A stretch of DNA of 64,000 nucleotides from Dehalococcoidia bacterium (GTDB lineage: Bacteria; Chloroflexota; Dehalococcoidia; UBA6926). The DNA is taken from NCBI GenBank assembly GCA_965214725.1, contig OZ243973.1, positions 896,745-960,744 of the forward strand, given 5' to 3'. The notes under the pieces were generated by a model. It was given only the letters and a program-made list of their open reading frames with translations. It had not been told where the DNA came from and ran no database searches. Numbering within the stretch: position 1 is the first letter of the stretch; every line of letters starts with the position of its first letter. Below, piece after piece: positions 1 through 7,798 of the stretch. The position numbers and the translations under genes are program-made.

Positions 1-1
1 T

Positions 2-1348
2 CGTTCCGTCAATTATGTCTATTATTGGGTCGGCTCCATCCTCTCCATCACCTCCTTCTTCATGCTCATCATCGCGCGGGGGTGGCTCACCTTTGATCTG
101 ACGCAGTCTGACCTTTGGGTCACGGTGGTCAGCGCCTCCGCCCTCTTCCCGTCCCTCTTCTTCTCCGTCTTTGGCGGCGTCTTTGCTGACCGTTTCAACC
201 GCAAACATATCCTCCTGTTCAGCGAGGCATCCAATTTCACGACGTTGATTGCGCTCGCAATCCTGGTTGCCACTGACCTCGTCCAGGTATGGCACCTCCT
301 GGCGTTGTCGCTCGCCCACGGCGTCACCTTCTCCCTGTCCTCCCCCGCCCGATTCTCAATGGTGCCCAGCCTTGTTCCGCCGCATCACATTGCGAATGCC
401 ACGGCGCTCTCCTCCATCATGTTTAGCGGCGGAGCCTTAACCGGCCCCCTGATGGCGGGATTCCTGCTGGATATCAATCCCGCCTTCGCCTTCTTTGGCG
501 GGGCGTGCATCGTCGGGCTCTCTGTGCCGCTCTTCCTCATGATGAAGCTCGGTCAAGGCCCCAGCTGGGGGCAAGGCCACGGAGCGCAGGGGGGCGTCTT
601 CCAGAACATCATGGAGGGGCTTCGCTACATCAAGCAGACGCGCATCCTCCTCGGCCTGATCCTCCTCGGCCTCATCGCGACATTCTTCGGCATGCCCTAT
701 CAGGCTTTGCTGCCCGTCTTTGCGGAAGAGGTGTTTGAGGCCGGCCCGCGTGGCCTTGGCTATCTCGGCATGGCGGGCGGAATCGGCGGCACCATCGGCT
801 CTCTGCTCATTGCCACCTTCAGCTCCATCAATCAGCTCAAGGCATGGCTGGTTATCGGCGCGCTTGGCGGCGGCGTGTTCATCGCCGGATTTTCACAAGC
901 GGCGTGGTTTGCCGAGCTCTTGGGCTTCTCCCTGTCAGGCGCATTCATTATCGCGCTCATCTTTGCCGCGGGCGCAGGCTGGTTCTTCCAACTGGTCATG
1001 ACAGGCAACTTCTCACTCGTGCAGGTCTTGACGCCGGACCAGATCCGCGGCCGGGTGATGAGTGTGCGGCTCATCGTCTTCGGTCTCCAGCCGTTCGCCC
1101 TGCTCATCACGGGCGTGATCGCAGAGGCGTATGGAGCGCCGCTTGCCGTGACACTCACCGGGACCATGGCCGTCATCTGCGGCGCCATTCTCCTCTTCTT
1201 CTTCCCACAGCTGCGGACTCGGACGACGGAGACCGTTCAGCCTCCGGGTGGTCACGGCGATCCGCCGCCGGACAGTGGCGTGTCAGCCGAGGACGAGACA
1301 GAGGCGGCTCTCGTGCGAACGATGCCGGGCACGGGCAGAACGAGGTAG
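2..1348 (+). CDS. MFS transporter (MFS_3/EntS-like), 5'-partial at window edge
   Basis: The frame of ORF 62..1348 stays open back to nt 2, and RSVNYVYYWVGSILSITSFF looks like TM1. Many hydrophobic spans. 'FGGVFADRFNRK' is a typical MFS TM2-TM3 loop motif. Confidence 0.8.
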   Translation, partial: RSVNYVYYWVGSILSITSFFMLIIARGWLTFDLTQSDLWVTVVSASALFPSLFFSVFGGVFADRFNRKHILLFSEASNFTTLIALAILVATDLVQVWHLLALSLAHGVTFSLSSPARFSMVPSLVPPHHIANATALSSIMFSGGALTGPLMAGFLLDINPAFAFFGGACIVGLSVPLFLMMKLGQGPSWGQGHGAQGGVFQNIMEGLRYIKQTRILLGLILLGLIATFFGMPYQALLPVFAEEVFEAGPRGLGYLGMAGGIGGTIGSLLIATFSSINQLKAWLVIGALGGGVFIAGFSQAAWFAELLGFSLSGAFIIALIFAAGAGWFFQLVMTGNFSLVQVLTPDQIRGRVMSVRLIVFGLQPFALLITGVIAEAYGAPLAVTLTGTMAVICGAILLFFFPQLRTRTTETVQPPGGHGDPPPDSGVSAEDETEAALVRTMPGTGRTR

Positions 1349-2577
1349 ACAAGAATTGATGCGGCCGCGCTGAACGCGGCAAACAAGAAGAACCCGTTCT
1401 GCATCCCGCCAAGATTCTCATCGAAGAATCGCGCCACCAGCGGCGCGATGGACACCGCCAGCGCCGTCGATGTCCACAGAACACCCTGCGCCGCGCCGAA
1501 TGCGCGACGGCCAAAGTAGGTGGCCAGCAGCGCGGGCTGCAGAACGATGATGGCGCCAAAACCGGGCGAGAACGCCACAAAGAACAGGATCAGGTACCAG
1601 TTCGCCTCAGGGCGGCTGAGCGCAAAGGCGGCAATCCCGACGGCCTGCAGAAACAATGCAAGGACTGCCGCCCGCCTTGGGTCCATCGTATCCGCAAGCC
1701 ACCCGCCCCCGAGCCTGCCGACGATGGTCACGATCGCCATCGCCCCGACAGCGTCCGCGGCGGCCAAACGCGAATAGCCGGCCTCCTCCATAAACGGCGC
1801 CTGATGAATCTGCAGTGAACCGATGGGCCAGAACGCGAGGAACATCAACATGGCCAACATCCAGAACGCGGGGGTGCGTAGGATCTGCGGGAATGTCAGG
1901 CCATACACAATCGTGTCCGTCGTCAGCGCCTCGAGAGTCCCCTCGCCCGGCGCATCCCCGTCCGGGCGCATGCCATAGTCCTCCGGCCTGCGGCGCAGAA
2001 TGAACGCCATCGGCAGGAGGAGGACGATGATAACGACGGCCATGACGAGGAAGGAGTCACGCCAGCCGATCTCCTCCATCACCAATAGCGTTGGCCGCGT
2101 CAAGAGTCCGCCCGCGCCAAGACCAACAACCGTCAGGCCCACCGCCCGCCCGCGCAGACGATCGAACCAGTTGACGACGGCAGAGACGCCGCCGGCAAAG
2201 AAGACGATGGGGCCCAGACCCGCCAACGTCAGCCCGACGTACAGGTGCCACGGCGCCGTCATCACACCCATGATCGCGAAGCCGACTGCGCCGAGAAGCA
2301 TCCCGACACCCACCACCGGCTTGGGACCATATCTGTCAAAAATACCGCCGAGGAAGGGTGACAGGGCGGCGCCGATTATCGTCGCGACAATGAACGCGGG
2401 CTCAATGGCGGCGCCCACATCCGGGATCTCGTCACGGATAGGCGTCACAAAGAGTGTGAAATCATAGAAATAGAAGCCGCTGTAGATGAAGGCGACCATG
2501 AAGGCGGCAAAGACAACCCACCAGCCATAGAAGACTGAAGACACGAAAGGCACACGAAATCTAGCGCGCTGCTGCAT
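1252..2577 (-). CDS. MFS transporter (oxalate/formate antiporter-like)
   Basis: 441-aa ORF with about 12 hydrophobic spans, an N-terminal 'FYGWWVVFAAF' and a 'GGIFDRYGPK' loop. Paralogue of 2624..4015. Its 3' end overlaps the convergent MFS gene by 97 nt. Confidence 0.8.
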   Translation of the reverse strand: MQQRARFRVPFVSSVFYGWWVVFAAFMVAFIYSGFYFYDFTLFVTPIRDEIPDVGAAIEPAFIVATIIGAALSPFLGGIFDRYGPKPVVGVGMLLGAVGFAIMGVMTAPWHLYVGLTLAGLGPIVFFAGGVSAVVNWFDRLRGRAVGLTVVGLGAGGLLTRPTLLVMEEIGWRDSFLVMAVVIIVLLLPMAFILRRRPEDYGMRPDGDAPGEGTLEALTTDTIVYGLTFPQILRTPAFWMLAMLMFLAFWPIGSLQIHQAPFMEEAGYSRLAAADAVGAMAIVTIVGRLGGGWLADTMDPRRAAVLALFLQAVGIAAFALSRPEANWYLILFFVAFSPGFGAIIVLQPALLATYFGRRAFGAAQGVLWTSTALAVSIAPLVARFFDENLGGMQNGFFLFAAFSAAASILVYLVLPVPGIVRTRAASVSSSADTPLSGGGSP

Positions 2578-2623
2578 ATCTGCCTCATCAGCCTAGCACT
2601 CTGGTTGCGGAAACCGTATCTTT

Positions 2624-4015
2624 TTGGGCGCGCGGGCGTACCATGGATACATAATGGCCGCGCCTACTGGGATGCCGCCCCGCGGCGCTATCCGGCCCAG
2701 AAAGCCGTTGATCTTCTACGGCTGGTGGATTGTTGTCACGTCCGCGTTCGTCAATGCCGTCTTCGGCGGCATCCTCTTCTATGGGGTCACGCTGGTCATT
2801 GATCCCATTACGGAGGAGATGGGGTGGAGCAAGACGGAGCTCACCGCCGTCTTTCCCATCATGGGTGTCCTGATTGCCATTCTCGCACCCGTCTTCGGTT
2901 CGATGTTCGATAAGGTCGGCCCGCGCCCCCTCCTGGCTATCGGTCTGGTCGGGATGGCGGTGTGTCTGTTCATGCTCAGCGCCGTTGAGAGCCTTATCCT
3001 CTTCTATCTCTGGTTCTCGCTCGCAAATGTGGCGTCCGTTGGTGTCTGGATGTCAGGCGGGCCTGCCGTGGCGAACTGGTTCTTCCGGAAACGCGGCCGC
3101 GCGCTGGGAATCCACGCGCTCGGGCTTGGCCTGTCCGGACTCATGGCCCCGCCATTCCTGTGGCTTGTTGATGGTGTCGACTACTGGTGGCTCAGCTTTG
3201 AGGGAGTCGGCTGGCGAGACGCGTATTTCATGGCGGGCATCCTCTTCCTCATCATGCTGCCGCTCGCCGTCCTCGTTATCCGGCACAGGCCGGAGAATCA
3301 CGGATTATACCCGGACGGCGCGGACAGGCCGCCGCCGGAGGCCGCTCTAACCGCTCAGGCAACCATCGCCGACGATGTTGAGATTAGTTCAACCGCGTTT
3401 CAGGCATTCAAGACGCAGGCCTTCTGGCTCCTGGCGATCGCGTCCGCCTTCGGGTTTCTGGCGATTGCGACCATCTCCGTCCACTGGGTGCCGTTCCTTG
3501 GCAGCACGGGGTTCTCGCGGGAGACAGCCGCGCTGTATCTGACCTTTGTGCCGCTCAGCACCATCGTGGGCAGGCTCGGCTTTGGCTATCTGGCGGACTT
3601 CATGGACAAGCGGCGTGTCACCGCGCTCGCCTTCGGTATTCAGGCGATTGCCATCCTCGCGCTTGCGATGATTGATGCCGGCCGCCCGTGGGGTGTGGCG
3701 CTCTTTCTCGCGCTGTGGGGGCTCGGCTTTGGGGGGACGGTTGTGACGCGCATGGCCCTGCAGGGATACCTGTTTGGGCGCAACTCCTTCGGCGCGCTGC
3801 AGGGCGCGTTGTCCATGACCAGCGAGGCCGGCTTTGCCCTCTCCCCCATCATCGCGAGCATCGTCTTTGAGAGCCTGGGCACATATCGCCCCGCCTTCTT
3901 TGCGTTCGCCGTGCTCTGCTTCCTCTCTGTCCCACTCACACTGTTGATACGGCGTCCGGGGCTGGCTGCGCGCGGCATGGCGCCGACAGACCTGCAGGCA
4001 GACACGGTACAATAA
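2624..4015 (+). CDS. MFS transporter (oxalate/formate antiporter-like)
   Basis: 463-aa ORF with 'FYGWWIVVTSAF' and 'GSMFDKVGPR' motifs parallel to the divergent paralogue. The start is uncertain; in-frame ATG at 2654 is an alternative. Confidence 0.8.
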   Translation: MGARAYHGYIMAAPTGMPPRGAIRPRKPLIFYGWWIVVTSAFVNAVFGGILFYGVTLVIDPITEEMGWSKTELTAVFPIMGVLIAILAPVFGSMFDKVGPRPLLAIGLVGMAVCLFMLSAVESLILFYLWFSLANVASVGVWMSGGPAVANWFFRKRGRALGIHALGLGLSGLMAPPFLWLVDGVDYWWLSFEGVGWRDAYFMAGILFLIMLPLAVLVIRHRPENHGLYPDGADRPPPEAALTAQATIADDVEISSTAFQAFKTQAFWLLAIASAFGFLAIATISVHWVPFLGSTGFSRETAALYLTFVPLSTIVGRLGFGYLADFMDKRRVTALAFGIQAIAILALAMIDAGRPWGVALFLALWGLGFGGTVVTRMALQGYLFGRNSFGALQGALSMTSEAGFALSPIIASIVFESLGTYRPAFFAFAVLCFLSVPLTLLIRRPGLAARGMAPTDLQADTVQ

Positions 4016-4019
4016 CGCC

Positions 4020-4793
4020 ATGTATTCCATCGACCTTACCGGAAAGACCGCGGTGGTGTTGGGCGTGGCCAATCATCGCAGCATCGCCTGGCACATCGCG
4101 GAGGCGCTCCATGCCGCCGGCGCCAACCTCTACCTCACCTATCAGAATGAGCGGCTGGCGGAGAACATCCACAAACTGACGGACGACATGAACAACGTCA
4201 CCCTCATTGAGTGTGACGTCTCTGAGGATGCGAACGTGGAGGCGGCCTTTGGGCAGATTGGGGCAGACGCCGGACACGTTGACGTGCTCGTTCACAGCAT
4301 CGCCTTCGCCAACCGGGATGATCTGGGCGGTGACTTCTCCAAGACAGAGCGGGACGGATTCCGCATCGCTCTTGAGATCAGCGCCTACTCGCTCATCCCC
4401 GTCGCTCGGTACGCCGCGCCATTGATGCCGGATGGCGGCGCGATGGTGACCCTGACATTCCAGGCCTCAGACCGGGTATTCCCCGGCTACAACATCATGG
4501 GCACAGCAAAGGCGGCGCTGGAGAATGAGGTGCGGCAGCTGGCGTATGAGTTGGGGCCGCGCGGCATCCGCGTAAACGCGCTCTCCCCCGGCCCGCTGGA
4601 CACTCTCTCCTCCCGCGTCATTCGCGGATACGTGGACATGAAACGCGTTCAGGCGGAGCGTTCACCCTTGCAGCGCAACATCACGCACGATGAGGTCGCC
4701 AAGGGAGCGCTCTTCTTGCTGAGCGATCTTTCAAGCGGCATCACCGGCCACATCCTGCCCATCGACGGCGGCTATCAGATCGCCGGCGTCTAG
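4020..4793 (+). CDS. fabI: enoyl-[acyl-carrier-protein] reductase (NADH), FabI
   Basis: 'GVANHRSIAWHIA' nucleotide-binding region, a 'YNIMGTAKAALE' Tyr/Lys catalytic motif, and the typical 257-aa SDR length. Confidence 0.9.
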   Translation: MYSIDLTGKTAVVLGVANHRSIAWHIAEALHAAGANLYLTYQNERLAENIHKLTDDMNNVTLIECDVSEDANVEAAFGQIGADAGHVDVLVHSIAFANRDDLGGDFSKTERDGFRIALEISAYSLIPVARYAAPLMPDGGAMVTLTFQASDRVFPGYNIMGTAKAALENEVRQLAYELGPRGIRVNALSPGPLDTLSSRVIRGYVDMKRVQAERSPLQRNITHDEVAKGALFLLSDLSSGITGHILPIDGGYQIAGV

Positions 4794-4809
4794 GCGTGTC
4801 CCTATTCCC

Positions 4810-6102
4810 ATGACCTCGGACGCAACCGGTGGGCGTCGCCGATTCCAAACTGTCCGCGGCACAACGGACGCCCTGCCGGATGACCAGCCGTATTGGGATT
4901 GGGTGCGGGACGCGGCGCAGCGCATCGCGCACCGCTTCGGGTTCAGGCGCATTGACACCCCCGTCTTTGAGGAGACGGCGCTCTTCGTGAGGACCGTCGG
5001 TGAGGGAACGGACATCGTCGAGAAGGAGATGTACACGTTCACGGACCGCGGTGATGACATGCTCACGCTGCGGCCGGAGGGCACCGCGCCGGTGTGCCGC
5101 GCCTACATTCAACACGGCATGCACACCTTGCCGCAGCCCGTCCGCGCATTCTATATCACACCCATTTTCCGCTATGAACGGCCACAGTCAGGACGCCTCC
5201 GTCAACACCATCAATTCGGCGTGGAGGCCATCGGTGATCCGAACCCGGAGATCGATGCTGAGGTCATTCATCTGCTGTGGAGCCTGTTCAGCGAGCTTGG
5301 CCTCACCAATCTGACCCTGCACGTCAATTCAATCGGTGATCAGGATTGCCGACCGCGCTACCTTGAGTCCCTGCGGGACTACTATTCGACACGACTCGAT
5401 GATCTCTGTGCCGACTGTCATACGCGCTACGAAAAGAACGCCCTGCGCCTGCTGGACTGCAAAGAGGATCGGTGCCAGCCCATAATTCAGGGCGCGCCAA
5501 CACCGGCGGACAGCCTCTGCGATGAGTGCGCCGATCATTTTACGCGTCTGCGATCACTCCTGGAACTGTGGGGGATTCCGTACACTGTCACGCCACGGCT
5601 GGTACGCGGGCTCGACTACTACACACGGACGGTGTTTGAGATCCACCCCGCCGTGGAGGGCTCGCAGACCGCGCTCGGCGCCGGCGGGCGATACGATGGC
5701 CTGATTGAGCAGCTGGGAGGGGCGCCAACCCCCGGTGTCGGGTTCGGCTCCGGCATCGAGCGCATCATCATGAACCTGCGGGAAGCGGGATTCACTCCCC
5801 CTGAGTCCGTATCACCCCGCACAGACCTCTACATCGCCTACTTGGGCGAGGCAGCGCATGACCATGCGCTGCGGCTCGCCGCCACGCTGCGTGGCGCTGG
5901 CCTCAGCGTGTCACTGCCAACAGGGAGCCGCAGCCTGCGGGCGCAGCTGCGCGCGGCCGGCGCGGCGAATGCGCGCCACGCACTCATCATCGGCGATGAC
6001 GAGGTGGCCGCCGGAACAGCAACACTCCGCAGTCTGGACACCGGTGAGCAGACCACCATCACACTAGACGCGGAGGCGGTCAGGGCAGCCGTCACCCCCT
6101 AG
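4810..6102 (+). CDS. hisS: histidine--tRNA ligase
   Basis: Class II aaRS motifs ('MYTFTDRGDDMLTLRPEGTAP', 'FRYERPQSGRLRQHHQFGVE', 'GGGRYDGL') and a C-terminal anticodon-binding domain. Confidence 0.95.
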   Translation: MTSDATGGRRRFQTVRGTTDALPDDQPYWDWVRDAAQRIAHRFGFRRIDTPVFEETALFVRTVGEGTDIVEKEMYTFTDRGDDMLTLRPEGTAPVCRAYIQHGMHTLPQPVRAFYITPIFRYERPQSGRLRQHHQFGVEAIGDPNPEIDAEVIHLLWSLFSELGLTNLTLHVNSIGDQDCRPRYLESLRDYYSTRLDDLCADCHTRYEKNALRLLDCKEDRCQPIIQGAPTPADSLCDECADHFTRLRSLLELWGIPYTVTPRLVRGLDYYTRTVFEIHPAVEGSQTALGAGGRYDGLIEQLGGAPTPGVGFGSGIERIIMNLREAGFTPPESVSPRTDLYIAYLGEAAHDHALRLAATLRGAGLSVSLPTGSRSLRAQLRAAGAANARHALIIGDDEVAAGTATLRSLDTGEQTTITLDAEAVRAAVTP

Positions 6103-6213
6103 CCGGACACGAGGCCGCGCAGACCGGCCCGTTTCCCGCGCCCGCCCCATCACCTCAGCCCTCTCACTAAGGGAGCGGGAGCACATGACACCTGCCCCGT
6201 CCCCCAAAAAGAA

Positions 6214-6238
6214 AGAAGCTCCGCGGTGCGGAGCTTCT
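6214..6238 (-). terminator. intrinsic terminator-like hairpin (minus strand)
   Basis: 11-bp perfect stem agaagctccgc/gcggagcttct with a 3-nt loop. On the minus strand it is followed by TTCTTTTTGGGG. It lies about 90 nt downstream of the small ORF 6331..6468. Confidence 0.45.
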
Positions 6239-6330
6239 CCCGGGGAGGAGGTGTGTGGTGTGGTATTTTCGTTTGTGTTGTCCCGCCTGAGGCGTGGCGC
6301 CGTTGGCGGGGATTGTGTGTGTGACGGCCC

Positions 6331-6468
6331 TTACGCCGCCGCGAGCAGGTTCGCGTTCAATGCCACGAGCCGGTCAATGCTAGCCTTGGCCTCGGTCGCG
6401 GTGCTGGCGCTTGCGAGTGGGCGTGCCGTCGCGGCCACTGTGCCCTTCGTCTGAATGGTCTGTGCCAT
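6331..6468 (-). CDS. small hypothetical protein (45 aa, Ala/Thr-rich)
   Basis: Not in the ORF track because it is under 60 aa. ATG at 6468 is preceded by GGAAGGGA at about 6-8 nt. Third codon positions are mostly G/C, as in neighbouring genes. It is followed by the terminator hairpin. Sequence: MAQTIQTKGTVAATARPLASASTATEAKASIDRLVALNANLLAAA. Confidence 0.35.
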   Translation of the reverse strand: MAQTIQTKGTVAATARPLASASTATEAKASIDRLVALNANLLAAA

Positions 6469-6511
6469 TGGATCCCTTCCTTCTCTCATCTCTCTCATCT
6501 CTTTTTTCATC

Positions 6512-6555
6512 TATATCCATACTGCCAAACGGATATAATCGCATCAAGGGATATT
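6512..6555. promoter_or_regulatory. inverted repeat TATATCC-N12-GGATATA plus a third GGATAT half-site; candidate LysR operator in a divergent promoter region
   Basis: The dyad sits at 6512..6518 and 6531..6537, with a further GGATAT at 6549..6554. The surrounding intergenic stretch (6470..6618) is A/T-rich and lies between the small ORF and the LysR gene. A TATACT -10-like hexamer is at 6584..6589. Confidence 0.35.
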
Positions 6556-6618
6556 CTACGATAGTATTTATTTGTTTTTGCGATATACTGACTAGGGACA
6601 CACCACAGGGGAGGCGAT

Positions 6619-7506
6619 ATGGACGTCCGAGAGCTGCGCAGTTTCACCGTCGCTGCCCGTGTCCGCAGCATCTCGCGAGCGGCGGAGCTGCTGGACATCG
6701 GTCAGCCGACGGTCTCCACGCACATCAAGAAGCTTGAGCAGGAGCTGGAGACGCCGCTCTTTGACCGCATCCGCCGGCCAATCCGCCTGACCCTGGCGGG
6801 CGAGAAACTCCTTGAACTCGCCGCCCCACTCGTTGAGGGGGTTGAGGGCCTAGCCGTCAGTACGCAGCAGGCTCAGGCCGAGGGGCCGGTCACCGTTGCC
6901 GCAACCGCCAACCTCATGTCACACTTCCTGCTCCGCGCCGTCGAGTCCTTCCGCGACGAGAACCCCCGTGTCCGCCTGCGGCTGCGGTCACGCCTGCGCT
7001 CTGAGGTCATTGAGATGGTCTCGCAGGGCGAGGTGGACTTCGGCATTGTGCCGGGAGTCGATCCCGATCCGGCGTTGGAGTTCCACCCGCTGTTCCCCTA
7101 TGAGCGGCTGCTCATCACCCCCCTCAAGCACCCACTGCTGAACGAATCACCGCTCACCGGGATCGACCCCATCGGCGAGTATCCCCTGATCATGATGGGG
7201 CCGGGAACCTATACGCGCTCCGCCGTTGAATCCGAGTTTCGTCGCAAGGGGCTCGATTACGACATCATGATGGAGGCGGATTCTCTGGACCTCATCAAGC
7301 GGTACGTTGGACATGGCTACGGTGTGGCAATCATCCCCCGCGTCGTCATAGAGGCGGGTGATGAGGACACGCTCGGCATCGTCCCGCTCGGCCATATTCT
7401 GCCAACGGACCGCGCCGGGCTCATCACACTAAGGGGGCGCGCGCTGTCAACGCCGGCAGACGCGCTCATCGAAAAGGTGCGAGCCGCCGCCACCCAGGAG
7501 ATGTAG
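6619..7506 (+). CDS. LysR-family transcriptional regulator
   Basis: N-terminal wHTH 'SISRAAELLDIGQPTVSTHIKKLEQELETPLFDR' and a C-terminal substrate-binding domain of typical length. Confidence 0.9.
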   Translation: MDVRELRSFTVAARVRSISRAAELLDIGQPTVSTHIKKLEQELETPLFDRIRRPIRLTLAGEKLLELAAPLVEGVEGLAVSTQQAQAEGPVTVAATANLMSHFLLRAVESFRDENPRVRLRLRSRLRSEVIEMVSQGEVDFGIVPGVDPDPALEFHPLFPYERLLITPLKHPLLNESPLTGIDPIGEYPLIMMGPGTYTRSAVESEFRRKGLDYDIMMEADSLDLIKRYVGHGYGVAIIPRVVIEAGDEDTLGIVPLGHILPTDRAGLITLRGRALSTPADALIEKVRAAATQEM

Positions 7507-7528
7507 CCGCCGAGCAAGTGCCCTTTTT

Positions 7529-7576
7529 CCCCGCATACCCGCCCTCTTCCCCTCATACCCGCGAAAGCGGGTATCC
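7529..7576. repeat. REP-like palindromic element, family A (ATACCCGC-GAAA-GCGGGTAT hairpin)
   Basis: 8-bp stem with a GAAA loop at 7555..7574. The whole 48-nt block recurs in reverse complement at 50461..50510. Confidence 0.6.
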
Positions 7577-7712
7577 ATCCGGCGCCTGCTATGGAGACAC
7601 ATGACGGGATGCCCCCGCGAGGGGAGCAGAACAATCACGAATTCAAATCAAGAACGGGTTGGCGATTGGGGAGCGGGGCGGGTAGACTAGACGATAGCCC
7701 TTAGTCAGGCGT

Positions 7713-7789
7713 GGCGCGTTCGTCTAGTGGCCAAGGACACCGCCCTCTCAAGGCGGAGATCACGGGTTCAAATCCCGTACGCGCTACCA
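7713..7789 (+). tRNA. tRNA-Glu (anticodon CUC), CCA encoded
   Basis: Acceptor stem GGCGCGT/ACGCGCT. Anticodon stem CCGCC/GGCGG with loop CTCTCAA. T-arm ACGGG-TTCAAAT-CCCGT. Discriminator A followed by CCA. Confidence 0.9.
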
Positions 7790-7798
7790 CCCACTTCG

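Noticed and set aside
6185-6454. 89-aa plus-strand ORF in the hisS-LysR intergenic region
   Set aside because: It has no SD sequence, it runs through the terminator hairpin, and its composition is odd. The minus-strand 45-codon ORF with an SD and a terminator explains the region better, though that call is itself low confidence.
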